Shown here in pieces: positions 55,921 through 64,000 of a stretch of 64,000 nt of DNA. A program made the translations under genes and the position numbers. How positions within the stretch are numbered: position 1 is the stretch's first letter; every line of letters starts with the position of its first letter. This stretch comes from Candidatus Shapirobacteria bacterium. GTDB taxonomy: Bacteria > Patescibacteriota > Microgenomatia > UBA12405. The DNA lies in assembly GCA_041661765.1 (NCBI GenBank), contig JBAZTV010000002.1, positions 74,212-138,211 on the forward strand, read 5' to 3'. The notes beneath the pieces were generated by a model. That model saw only the letters and a program-made list of their open reading frames with translations, searched no databases and was not told where the DNA came from.

Positions 55921-57189
55921 TTATATTTTAGGATTTATCGTTATATTTTTTAAAAAACCATTTAAAACTCTTTTTATATAATCCATCCTTTCTTTATTAA
56001 TTCCTGGCCAAACACCCAACCAAAAAGCATTATTCATAATAATATCCGACTCTTTCATTTCTCCAACGATCCTAAAATTATCTCTAATTTTTATATAAGC
56101 TGGATGACGAAGCAAATTTCCTGCAAAAACATTTCTTGTTCCTATTTTATTTTTTTCTAAATATTCAGTTAATTCATTCCTTGTAAATGGAGCATCTTTT
56201 TTTACTACTAATGGAAACCCAAAAGGGGACAAGTCCACTTTTTCATCCTCTCTCATCAGGGTAAAATATTTTTCATATTTATTAAAAAAATTATATAAAA
56301 TCTTATAGTTCTCTTGTCTTTTCTTAATAAATTTTGGCAATTTTTTTAATTGAGCCAATCCAATTGCTGCCTGAAAATCAGTTAATTTTAAATTATATCC
56401 TACCTCAGAATAAATATATTTATGGTCGTAACCATAAGGTAATTCTCCTAACTGCCATTTAAATCGATTTTTACAAGAATCATCTTTGCCAGTTCCACAC
56501 CAACAATCTCTACCCCAATCCCTAAAACGTCTAATTGATTTATTAATTAATGGATCGTTGGTAATAATCGCTCCACCTTCACCCATGGTAATATGATGAG
56601 CTGGATAAAAACTAAAAGTTGCAATATGACCAAAAGTACCTAAAATTTTACCATCATACTTTGACCCTAAAGCGTCACAACAGTCTTCAATTAACCACAA
56701 ATCATATTTTTTAACCAACTTCATAATTTCTGTAAGATCAAAAGGTTTTCCTAAAGTATGAGCAATCATTATTAATTTAGTTTTATTGGTTATTGCCGCT
56801 TCAATTTTCTTTGGGTCAATATTAAGAGTGTCTGCCTCGGCATCAATAAACACCGGTTTCAAACCATGCTGAATTCCCGGATTTACAGTTGTTGGAAAAG
56901 ATACAGGAGTAGTTATAAATTCATCTCCTACTTTAAGCCTCTTCTCACCAAAAATATCTGATGTCAGCGCCGCTAATGCTACTAAATTTGCCGAAGATCC
57001 AGAATTAACTAATGATACAAATTTAATTCCTAAATATTTTTTAAACTCTTCTTCAAATTTTAAAGCGAATTCTCCCTCTGTCCACCAACCATCTTTCGCT
57101 ACTTTTATAGCATTATTAATTTCTTCCTTATCAAAAACTTTACCAGAAACTGGTATATAACTTTCACCTGGTGTAAATTTTTTATTCAT
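55921..57189 (-). CDS. RfbH/DdhC(E1)/ColD-like PLP/PMP-dependent NDP-4-keto-6-deoxyhexose 3-dehydrase.
   Basis: GKVFDKEEINNAIKVAKDGWWTEGEFALKFEEEFKKYLGIKFVSLVNSGSSANLVALAAL matches the RfbH N-terminal region closely. 422 aa. Confidence 0.8.
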   Translation of the reverse strand: MNKKFTPGESYIPVSGKVFDKEEINNAIKVAKDGWWTEGEFALKFEEEFKKYLGIKFVSLVNSGSSANLVALAALTSDIFGEKRLKVGDEFITTPVSFPTTVNPGIQHGLKPVFIDAEADTLNIDPKKIEAAITNKTKLIMIAHTLGKPFDLTEIMKLVKKYDLWLIEDCCDALGSKYDGKILGTFGHIATFSFYPAHHITMGEGGAIITNDPLINKSIRRFRDWGRDCWCGTGKDDSCKNRFKWQLGELPYGYDHKYIYSEVGYNLKLTDFQAAIGLAQLKKLPKFIKKRQENYKILYNFFNKYEKYFTLMREDEKVDLSPFGFPLVVKKDAPFTRNELTEYLEKNKIGTRNVFAGNLLRHPAYIKIRDNFRIVGEMKESDIIMNNAFWLGVWPGINKERMDYIKRVLNGFLKNITINPKI

Positions 57190-57199
57190 AAAATTAATT

Positions 57200-58141
57200 T
57201 TAAAAATTTAATTTTTCATCAACAATATAAACAGGTCTATTTTTTGTTTCTTCAACTATTACCTGAACATATTTACCTATTATACTCAATGCCATTAAAT
57301 TTAATCCACCAAAAAACACCACCGCTAACATAATTGGAATTGATGCATTAATTGGATTGCCAAAAACAAATACTGTAAATAAATACCCAATAATAAACAA
57401 AAATGAAAGTATTGTTAAAATAAAACCAAAATAAACAATCAAATCTAAAGGAAGATAAGAAAAGCCAAAAATTCCTCTTTCTGAATGTTTTAAATAATCA
57501 AAAAAACCACCATAAGAGCTTTTGCCATTTTTTCTATCGCACCTTTGGTAGGAAACGAAAGTTTTTTTAAAACCAACCCAAATACTTAACCCTCTACCAA
57601 ACCGAAATTTTTCTGGAAGAGATCTTATAGCAGTAACTATTTTTTTATCATATAATCCAAAACCAGAAACATTAACAGGTATATCGATATTAGATATTCT
57701 TCTAAATAATCCATAAAATGACTTTCTCATTAAAGTCATAAAATAAGAATTATCACTTGCCTTCTCGTATTGAGCCAACACTAGATCGTATTTATTTTCC
57801 CATTGTTTTATTAATTTTGGTATTAATTCAGGTGGATCTTGCAAATCACAAGGTAACATTATCAAAGCATCTAATTCTTCATTCGCAAAATCCATAACTG
57901 CCTGGCTAGAAGCTTCTGGCCCAAAATTTCTGGATAAAAAAACTCCTCTTACTTTTTTATCTCTCTTTATAAGAGTACTTATTTTTTCTCTAGTCTTATC
58001 AATACTTCCATTATCAACAAACAAAAAACTAAATTCGTAATTTTTAATTTTACTAATTATTTCTATAGTCTTTTCATACATTTCCAAAACATTTTTTTCT
58101 TCATTAAAACATGGAATACCAATAACTATTTTTTTATTCAT
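57200..58141 (-). CDS. GT2 polyprenyl-phosphate glycosyltransferase (GtrB/ArnC/DPM1-like) with two C-terminal TM helices.
   Basis: IVIGIPCFNEEKNVLEMY...FLFVDNGSIDKT...DLQDPPELIP, plus a C-terminal TM pair. Confidence 0.85.
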   Translation of the reverse strand: MNKKIVIGIPCFNEEKNVLEMYEKTIEIISKIKNYEFSFLFVDNGSIDKTREKISTLIKRDKKVRGVFLSRNFGPEASSQAVMDFANEELDALIMLPCDLQDPPELIPKLIKQWENKYDLVLAQYEKASDNSYFMTLMRKSFYGLFRRISNIDIPVNVSGFGLYDKKIVTAIRSLPEKFRFGRGLSIWVGFKKTFVSYQRCDRKNGKSSYGGFFDYLKHSERGIFGFSYLPLDLIVYFGFILTILSFLFIIGYLFTVFVFGNPINASIPIMLAVVFFGGLNLMALSIIGKYVQVIVEETKNRPVYIVDEKLNF

Positions 58142-59024
58142 TCTTGATTAATAAATTAGGATTAATAATTGATTTATTAGATAAATAATATCTATATAAA
58201 TCTTTTATAGCTACTTCTATTTTTGTCAATTTTAAATTTTTAATTTCTTTTTTAAGAAGATCATTATTTGAAGTATATTCTTTATTTAGACCATTTTGTT
58301 TTACAATTATTGGTAAAGAATAATTATCCAATTTATTAATTTCTTTTGCTAATTCAAGCAAACTATATTTATTACCACTTCCAACATTAAAAAATTTTTC
58401 TTTTAGATCATTCTTAATAAAATATTCTATTATTTTCATAAAATCATCAATGTAAACATAATCAAATTTACAATCCCGAATCAAAGTTAAAGGCATTTTA
58501 TAGATATATTTGCAAAGTAAATTAGAAATAAATTTAATTGTAAAATCTTCATATTTTCCAAAAACTCCAAAAATTCTCAAACAATAAATATTAGTTGAAT
58601 TTTCAATATACTTTGAACAAACATATTTATAAAAACCATAATCATCACTAGGAATATTCAAACCAAAATCTGATTCTTTTACATTTATAATATCTTTCGA
58701 TTTACCATATTCAGCCCCAGAACCAAAATGAATCATTTTTTTAAAATAGTTTTTGTTTTTTACAATATTAAAAAACATTTTTAAATTATTTTTAATCGAA
58801 TCATTCAAAACCATACTATTTCTCAATCCACCAATATTGGCTGTATGAATTACTACGTCTATCTTATTTTTTTTAAAAAAATTATCAACTGCCACTGTAT
58901 CCAAAAGATCCAACTCTTTATGCGAAGGACTTAAAATTTTATACTTATCCTTAAAACATTCAACAAAATTTCTCCCAATAAATCCCGTTCCACCAGTTAA
59001 AAAAATTGTTTCAATTTTATTCAT
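58134..59024 (-). CDS. NAD(P)-dependent sugar epimerase/dehydratase/reductase (extended SDR).
   Basis: IFLTGGTGFIGRNFVE (GxxGxxG), catalytic YGFYKYVCSK (YxxxK). Confidence 0.8.
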   Translation of the reverse strand: MNKIETIFLTGGTGFIGRNFVECFKDKYKILSPSHKELDLLDTVAVDNFFKKNKIDVVIHTANIGGLRNSMVLNDSIKNNLKMFFNIVKNKNYFKKMIHFGSGAEYGKSKDIINVKESDFGLNIPSDDYGFYKYVCSKYIENSTNIYCLRIFGVFGKYEDFTIKFISNLLCKYIYKMPLTLIRDCKFDYVYIDDFMKIIEYFIKNDLKEKFFNVGSGNKYSLLELAKEINKLDNYSLPIIVKQNGLNKEYTSNNDLLKKEIKNLKLTKIEVAIKDLYRYYLSNKSIINPNLLIKNE

Positions 59025-59071
59025 CTACTGAGTATATCAAAATAAAATATCTTGTTATAATAATCCTACCA

Positions 59072-59962
59072 ATGTCAAAAGAAAAAAGTATTAAAAAAAC
59101 AAATATTGCCATAATTGGATCAGGAAACATCGGATGTGACCTTTTAATTAAAATTAATAGATCGAAAGTTTTAAAATGTAATAGATTTATCGGGCAAAAT
59201 AAAGATTCAGATGGTTTACAAATGGCAAAATCATTGGGAATAAACACTTCGTTTGATTCAATTAATGAAATAATTAAAAATCCCGATTGCTGCGATATTG
59301 TATTTGATGCTACATCTGCAGATGCTCATAAAATTCACGCCCCAATACTTAAAAAACTCAATAAATTTACTATAGATATGACTCCATCAAGAATAGGAAA
59401 AATGTGTGTGCCATATTTAAATTTAGATGAATGTTTAAAAGAAAAAAACGTAAATATGATCACTTGTGGAGGACAAGCAACCACACCAATAATATCAACA
59501 ATAATGAAAGTTCATCCTGAAACAAAATATGTAGAAATTGTATCCAGTATTTCATCAAAATCTGCCGGAATTGGAACCAGAAATAACATTGATGAATACA
59601 CCCAAACAACTAGCGATGCAATAAAAATTTTAGGAGGAGCACCAAAATCAAAAGCCATAATTATTCTAAACCCTGCTGAACCTCCAATATTAATGCACAA
59701 TACTATTTTTGCCCAAATAGAAAACCCTAATATTGCAAAATTAGAAAAAGAAATTAATTTAACAGTTAATGAAATTCAAAAATATATACCAGGGTATAAA
59801 TTAACACTAGGCCCAGTTTTTGAAAATAATCGATTAACAGTAATGATAGAAGTTACTGGGCAAGGAGATTTTTTGCCTATTTATGCTGGTAATTTAGATA
59901 TTATAAATTGTGCCGCAATCACGGTAGCTGAAAACTATGCAAAAAAATATCTTAATAATTGA
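59072..59962 (+). CDS. Acetaldehyde dehydrogenase (acylating), DmpF/MhpF-like.
   Basis: ATG at 59072; the track start at 59006 is TTG. IAIIGSGNIGCDLLIKINRS...SDGLQMAKSLGI...VFDATSADAHKIHAP...IDMTPSRIGKMCVPYLNLDE tracks DmpF nearly motif for motif. Confidence 0.8.
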   Translation: MSKEKSIKKTNIAIIGSGNIGCDLLIKINRSKVLKCNRFIGQNKDSDGLQMAKSLGINTSFDSINEIIKNPDCCDIVFDATSADAHKIHAPILKKLNKFTIDMTPSRIGKMCVPYLNLDECLKEKNVNMITCGGQATTPIISTIMKVHPETKYVEIVSSISSKSAGIGTRNNIDEYTQTTSDAIKILGGAPKSKAIIILNPAEPPILMHNTIFAQIENPNIAKLEKEINLTVNEIQKYIPGYKLTLGPVFENNRLTVMIEVTGQGDFLPIYAGNLDIINCAAITVAENYAKKYLNN

Positions 59963-60983
59963 TTCAACACTAAGAGATGGCTCTCACGCTATGAGTCATC
60001 AATTTACAGCTCAAAATATTTCTGATTATGCCAAAGGTGCAGAATTAGCGGGAACAAAAATTTTAGTAGTTGGTCATGGAAATGGATTAGGAGCTTCGTC
60101 ATTACAACTAGGACAATCACTTTTAAGTGATAAAAAAATGCTCACCACTGCAAAAAAAGAATTAACAAAAACAAAATTAGCTGTACTCCTTATACCTGGA
60201 TACGGAACAATAAAAGAAAATATTGAACCCGCAATTTCCTATGGCATTGATGTTTTAATAGTCGCTTCACATTGTACTGAAGCTAATATCACCAAACAAC
60301 ACATCCAATATGGATTAAATAAAGGATTAGAAGTATATGGTGTTTTAATGATGTCTCACATGATTTCAGCTGATTTATTACTCAAACAAGCCTTACTCAT
60401 GCAGGAATATGGAGTAAAAGGAGTAATATTGATGGATTCCGCTGGTGCTTATCTTCCAGAAGATGTAACTAAAAAAATATCATCTTTAGTAAAAGGTTTA
60501 AAAATAGAAGTCGGATTTCACGCTCATAATAATTTAGGGTTAGCCATAGCTAATTCTTTAACTGCTATAAAAGCAGGGGCCACAATTTTAGACGTCACGT
60601 CTCGAGGACTTGGAGCAGGCGCAGGAAATTGTCAATTAGAAGTATTGGCTGCCATTCTTCAAAAAATGGATATAAAGACCAATTTAGACTTATACAAATT
60701 AATGGACAACAGTGAAAATATTATTGCCAAATTAATGAAACATCCACAAGTAATAAATAATGTTACTCTCACTAGCGGATTAGCTGGAGTATTTTCCGGA
60801 TTTGCTCCTCATGTAATAAAAGCTGCTAATAGATTTAATGTCGATGCTAGAGATATTCTGATAGAATTAGGAAAAAAGAAAGTAGTTGGTGGGCAAGAAG
60901 ATATAATTATTGACGTAGCTACCTTTTTGAAACAAAAAAAAGATTTAAAAGAAAATAATTGTAATATTGAATCATTACAATAA
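59937..60983 (+). CDS. 4-hydroxy-2-oxovalerate aldolase-like (DmpG/MhpE; HMGL-like TIM barrel).
   Basis: ILIIDSTLRDGSHAMSHQFTAQNISDYAKGAELAGTKILVVGHGNGLGASSLQLG compared with DmpG LYISDVTLRDGSHAIRHQYS...VAHGDGLQGSS. Overlaps the dehydrogenase gene by 26 bp, the same order as dmpFG. Confidence 0.8.
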   Translation: MQKNILIIDSTLRDGSHAMSHQFTAQNISDYAKGAELAGTKILVVGHGNGLGASSLQLGQSLLSDKKMLTTAKKELTKTKLAVLLIPGYGTIKENIEPAISYGIDVLIVASHCTEANITKQHIQYGLNKGLEVYGVLMMSHMISADLLLKQALLMQEYGVKGVILMDSAGAYLPEDVTKKISSLVKGLKIEVGFHAHNNLGLAIANSLTAIKAGATILDVTSRGLGAGAGNCQLEVLAAILQKMDIKTNLDLYKLMDNSENIIAKLMKHPQVINNVTLTSGLAGVFSGFAPHVIKAANRFNVDARDILIELGKKKVVGGQEDIIIDVATFLKQKKDLKENNCNIESLQ

Positions 60984-61004
60984 TTAATAATTTAATAAAA
61001 ATTT

Positions 61005-62780
61005 ATGACTGTCAGTGAATATATAATGGATTTTTTAGTTAGTAAAGGCGCTAATACTATTTTTATGGTAACCGGAGGCCAAGCCATGTGGCTTGACGAT
61101 GCAGTCTGTAAAAATAAAAAAATAAAATATATTTGCACCCACCATGAGCAATCAGCCGGAATGGCTGCCGAGGCTTATGGAAGAATTACAGGTAAAATGG
61201 GGGTTGCTTTAGTTACTGCGGGACCAGCAGCCATAAATGTATTAAATGGAGTCGTCGGAGCATGGACAGATTCATCACCAATGATGGTTATTTCCGGACA
61301 AGCACCTTTAACACATGTTCAATATCAACAAAAAACCAAAATTCGTCAATACGGTATTCAAGGAATAAATATTAAACCATTAGCAGAAAAAGTTGTGAAG
61401 TTTTTTATCACAGTAGATGATCCATCACTGATTAAATATTATTTACAAAAAGCATATTATTTAGCCACTTCAGGAAGAGTAGGACCTGTTTGGATTGATG
61501 TTCCACTTGATATCCAAAATACCACCGTTCCAGAGAAATTTCTAAAAGAATTTATTCCTGAAAAAGAAAACATTAACAATAATGATTTAAAATCCAAAGT
61601 TGCTGAAACTTTAAAACTAATCAAAAATGCTAAGCGCCCAATTATTTTAGCTGGTCAAGGAGTAAGAAATGGAAAAGCTGTCGATAAATTCTACAAACTA
61701 ATCGACGAAATACCCATGCCAGTTTTAACATCAAGATTAGGTATAGATTTAATTAATAGCGATCACAAACTTTATATAGGTAGACCTGGAAATTACGGGG
61801 AAAGATCAGCCCATTTTGCTATTCAAAATTCCGATCTAATTATTGTTTTAGGAAGTCGTTTAGCCACTGCACTGGTTGGCCATAACCCTAAAGATTTTGG
61901 GCGAAATGCTAAAAAAATTGTAGTAGATATCGACGAAGAAGAATTAAATAAACCAGGTGTAGATTTACATCTTAAAATAAACTCTGATATAAAAATTTTC
62001 TTAAACGAATTATTAAGCCAAGCCAAATCAGTTGAATTGCCAAATTTTAAAAATTGGATAGATAAATGCAATGAGTGGAAAATAAAATATCCAGTCGTTT
62101 TGCCTGAATATAAAAAAGAAAAACCAATTAATTCATACTATTTTACTCAAAAATTATCAGAACTAGCCTCTCCAAAAGACATGATTATGGTTGATACTGG
62201 ATCTTGTTTTCATATAGTTTGTCAAACTTGGAAAATTAAAAAAGGACAAAGATTTTTAACAACTGGAGGAATTTCCTCAATGGGTTATTGGGTAGCTGGT
62301 TTAGGTGCATGTGCGGCCAATAATTATAAAAATACTATTGTTATTACTGGAGACGGAAGTTTACAAATGAATATTCAAGAATTTGCCACAATAAAACACA
62401 ATAAATTTCCAATTAAAACCTTTATATTTAACAACAATGGATATTTATTAATTCGACAAACTCAAAAAAACTTTATGGAAGGCAGATTGATGGGTGAAAG
62501 TCCAGAAACAGGAGTTTGGTGTCCAGATTCAATAAAAATTGCCAAAGCTTATGGAATAAAGGCTGTAAAAATAAGTTCTATTGATAATATGGAAAAAAAG
62601 ATAAAAGAAGTATTGGACTATCCAGGGCCAGTCGTTTGTGAAGTCATAACACCACCTTGGCAATTAATAATTCCAAGAACTGCTTCTACTAAAAATGAAG
62701 AAGGGAAATTGATTTCTAAACCATATGAAGATATGTTTCCATTTTTAAGCAAAGAAGAACTTGATTCAAATATTTTATAA
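61005..62780 (+). CDS. Thiamine-diphosphate-dependent enzyme of the acetolactate-synthase/YerE-like family.
   Basis: 591 aa. The N-terminal Pyr domain (MVTGGQAMWLDD...HHEQSAGMAAEAYGRITGKMGVALVTAGPAAINVLNGVVGAWTDSSPMMVISGQ) and the C-terminal PP domain (ITGDGSLQMNIQE) are both present. Confidence 0.85.
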   Translation: MTVSEYIMDFLVSKGANTIFMVTGGQAMWLDDAVCKNKKIKYICTHHEQSAGMAAEAYGRITGKMGVALVTAGPAAINVLNGVVGAWTDSSPMMVISGQAPLTHVQYQQKTKIRQYGIQGINIKPLAEKVVKFFITVDDPSLIKYYLQKAYYLATSGRVGPVWIDVPLDIQNTTVPEKFLKEFIPEKENINNNDLKSKVAETLKLIKNAKRPIILAGQGVRNGKAVDKFYKLIDEIPMPVLTSRLGIDLINSDHKLYIGRPGNYGERSAHFAIQNSDLIIVLGSRLATALVGHNPKDFGRNAKKIVVDIDEEELNKPGVDLHLKINSDIKIFLNELLSQAKSVELPNFKNWIDKCNEWKIKYPVVLPEYKKEKPINSYYFTQKLSELASPKDMIMVDTGSCFHIVCQTWKIKKGQRFLTTGGISSMGYWVAGLGACAANNYKNTIVITGDGSLQMNIQEFATIKHNKFPIKTFIFNNNGYLLIRQTQKNFMEGRLMGESPETGVWCPDSIKIAKAYGIKAVKISSIDNMEKKIKEVLDYPGPVVCEVITPPWQLIIPRTASTKNEEGKLISKPYEDMFPFLSKEELDSNIL

Positions 62781-62845
62781 GTGAAGATCTAAAAGATTAG
62801 AGTTTAGAAGAAAAAATCAAAAATGAATTAAAATAAATTATTTAT

Positions 62846-64000
62846 ATGAATAAAAACATTAAAAATTTAAATGATGAAATTTTTACTTTAAATGCAGAAT
62901 TTAGTGCTGATACAAGAGTAGACAAAATTAATGGAGGAATAGGAATATACCTTGACAACATAGGACAACCTTTTGTTATTCCTATTGTAAAAAAAATCGC
63001 CTCCTCGCTAGATTTTTCAAACTTTAATTACTTACCAATAAGTGGTGATCCAGTCTTTTTAGAAGAATCGTCTAAACTTGTTTTAGGAAATAGTTTATAT
63101 AAAGAATATAAAAACAAAATTATTAAACAGGGAACAGATGGAGGAACAAATGGACTTTTTATTTGGGCAAGTTTAATAAAATTTACAAATCCAAATCCTA
63201 CAATAATAGTTAGTAATCCTACATGGGAAAACCACAAAAAAATCTTCAAACACTGTGGTTTTAATGTTGTTGAATATAATCATATTAATAAATTAGGATT
63301 TTTTGATTTTGAATCTTTCCAAAAAACTATTTCTAAATATCCAGATTCTTTTATTCTTTTTCATGGAGGATCAACTCATAATCCCACAGGTGTAAATCCC
63401 TCAACTGAAGAATGGAAAAAAATATCTCAAATAACCAAAAAAAATAATAATTATGTTTTATTTGATTTTGCTTATTTAGGCTTGGGAGAAAATATAGAAA
63501 AAGACTCTTTTCCAATAAGACATTTTCTTGAAAAGAAAAATAAAATAGCTGTTGTGATTTCATATTCAAAAAATATGACTTTATATCAACATCGGGTCGG
63601 AGTTTTACTTATACCAACACTTAAAATAAAAGCAAAAGAAAACAATGAAACAATCATTAAATATTTATTTAGATTGGTCAATCAAACTCCAACCGCTTTT
63701 GGTGAAATCATAGTAAAAAATGTATTGAGTAACCAAGAATATAAAAAAGAATGGATAAAATCATTATCTGAAATGAATAAAAACATTCAAAAAAGACGTG
63801 AATTATTTAATCAATATACCAACAACCTGTTTTCTGAAGTTGTACACCAAAAAGGCTTGTATAGTTTACTAAAAATCACTCCAAAACAAACAAAAATATT
63901 AAAAAACAAACACGGCATCTATCTTCTTTCCACCGGACGTATTAACTTTGGAGGATTGGCTATTAATAAAATTCCAAAATTAACCGAAGCTATAAATTCT
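62846..64000 (+). CDS. Class I aspartate/aromatic aminotransferase (AspC/TyrB-like), 3'-truncated at the window edge.
   Basis: ATG at 62846, open through 64000. Absent from the ORF track because no stop falls in the window. GIGIYLD, HNPTGVNPSTEEW, FDFAYLGLGE, SYSKNMTLYQHRVG and RINFGGL match AAT family I signatures. Confidence 0.8.
   Translation, partial: MNKNIKNLNDEIFTLNAEFSADTRVDKINGGIGIYLDNIGQPFVIPIVKKIASSLDFSNFNYLPISGDPVFLEESSKLVLGNSLYKEYKNKIIKQGTDGGTNGLFIWASLIKFTNPNPTIIVSNPTWENHKKIFKHCGFNVVEYNHINKLGFFDFESFQKTISKYPDSFILFHGGSTHNPTGVNPSTEEWKKISQITKKNNNYVLFDFAYLGLGENIEKDSFPIRHFLEKKNKIAVVISYSKNMTLYQHRVGVLLIPTLKIKAKENNETIIKYLFRLVNQTPTAFGEIIVKNVLSNQEYKKEWIKSLSEMNKNIQKRRELFNQYTNNLFSEVVHQKGLYSLLKITPKQTKILKNKHGIYLLSTGRINFGGLAINKIPKLTEAINS

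Noticed and set aside
63028-63569. Two minus-strand ORFs (63028-63249, 63351-63569) listed in the track near the window end.
   Set aside because: They are antisense to an obvious, motif-rich aspartate aminotransferase ORF (62846 onward, plus strand) that the track missed only because its stop lies outside the window.
1-64000. Mobile element, prophage, or horizontally transferred island boundaries.
   Set aside because: No integrase, transposase or recombinase, no flanking direct or inverted repeats, and no tRNA gene were seen. Apparent local A-versus-T strand skews track protein type (T-rich codons in membrane proteins, A-rich in soluble Lys/Asn/Glu-rich proteins) rather than foreign origin.

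Overview
The window is a 64-kb, very AT-rich, gene-dense stretch. Intergenic gaps are mostly under 60 bp, many genes overlap by 1-40 bp, and several plausible starts are GTG or TTG. The taxon is probably a small-genome bacterium of the Candidate Phyla Radiation / Patescibacteria type; this assignment is an inference from composition and gene content. Almost the whole window is one large surface-glycan / glycoconjugate biosynthesis and tailoring island. I found no rRNA, tRNA, CRISPR array, transposase or integrase. Contents in order:
(1) An extraordinary number of polytopic GT-C-like membrane glycosyltransferases in at least three paralogous families. They sit with a Wzx-type flippase, about 13 GT2 and 4 GT4 glycosyltransferases and two polyprenyl-phosphate sugar synthases (1-29.5 kb).
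(2) A tailoring module with two cobalamin-binding radical-SAM enzymes, four SAM methyltransferases (two carrying Zn-ribbons) and more GTs (29.4-39 kb).
(3) A membrane+TPR (TMTC-like) protein, a YvcK/CofD-like protein, an acyltransferase-3, a GNAT, and an ABC-2 exporter (Wzm/Wzt- or TagG/TagH-like). The two exporter genes are split by a NYN-domain gene and a DUF4230-like gene (39-46.4 kb).
(4) A teichoic-acid-like phospho-alcohol module: a TagB/TagF-like phosphotransferase with a perfect 21-bp x5 in-frame repeat, a SerB-like HAD phosphatase, a LicC-like cytidylyltransferase, two methyltransferases and an Asp/Glu-family racemase (47.5-52.3 kb).
(5) An FdtA/FdtB/FdtC-like 3-acetamido-3,6-dideoxyhexose set (52.3-54.3 kb).
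(6) An RfbH/DdhC-like 3-dehydrase, an SDR and a GtrB/ArnC-like transferase, followed by a DmpF/DmpG-like acetaldehyde dehydrogenase/aldolase pair, a ThDP enzyme and a partial aspartate aminotransferase (55.9-64 kb).
All functional calls are from motif recognition by eye. No database search was run.
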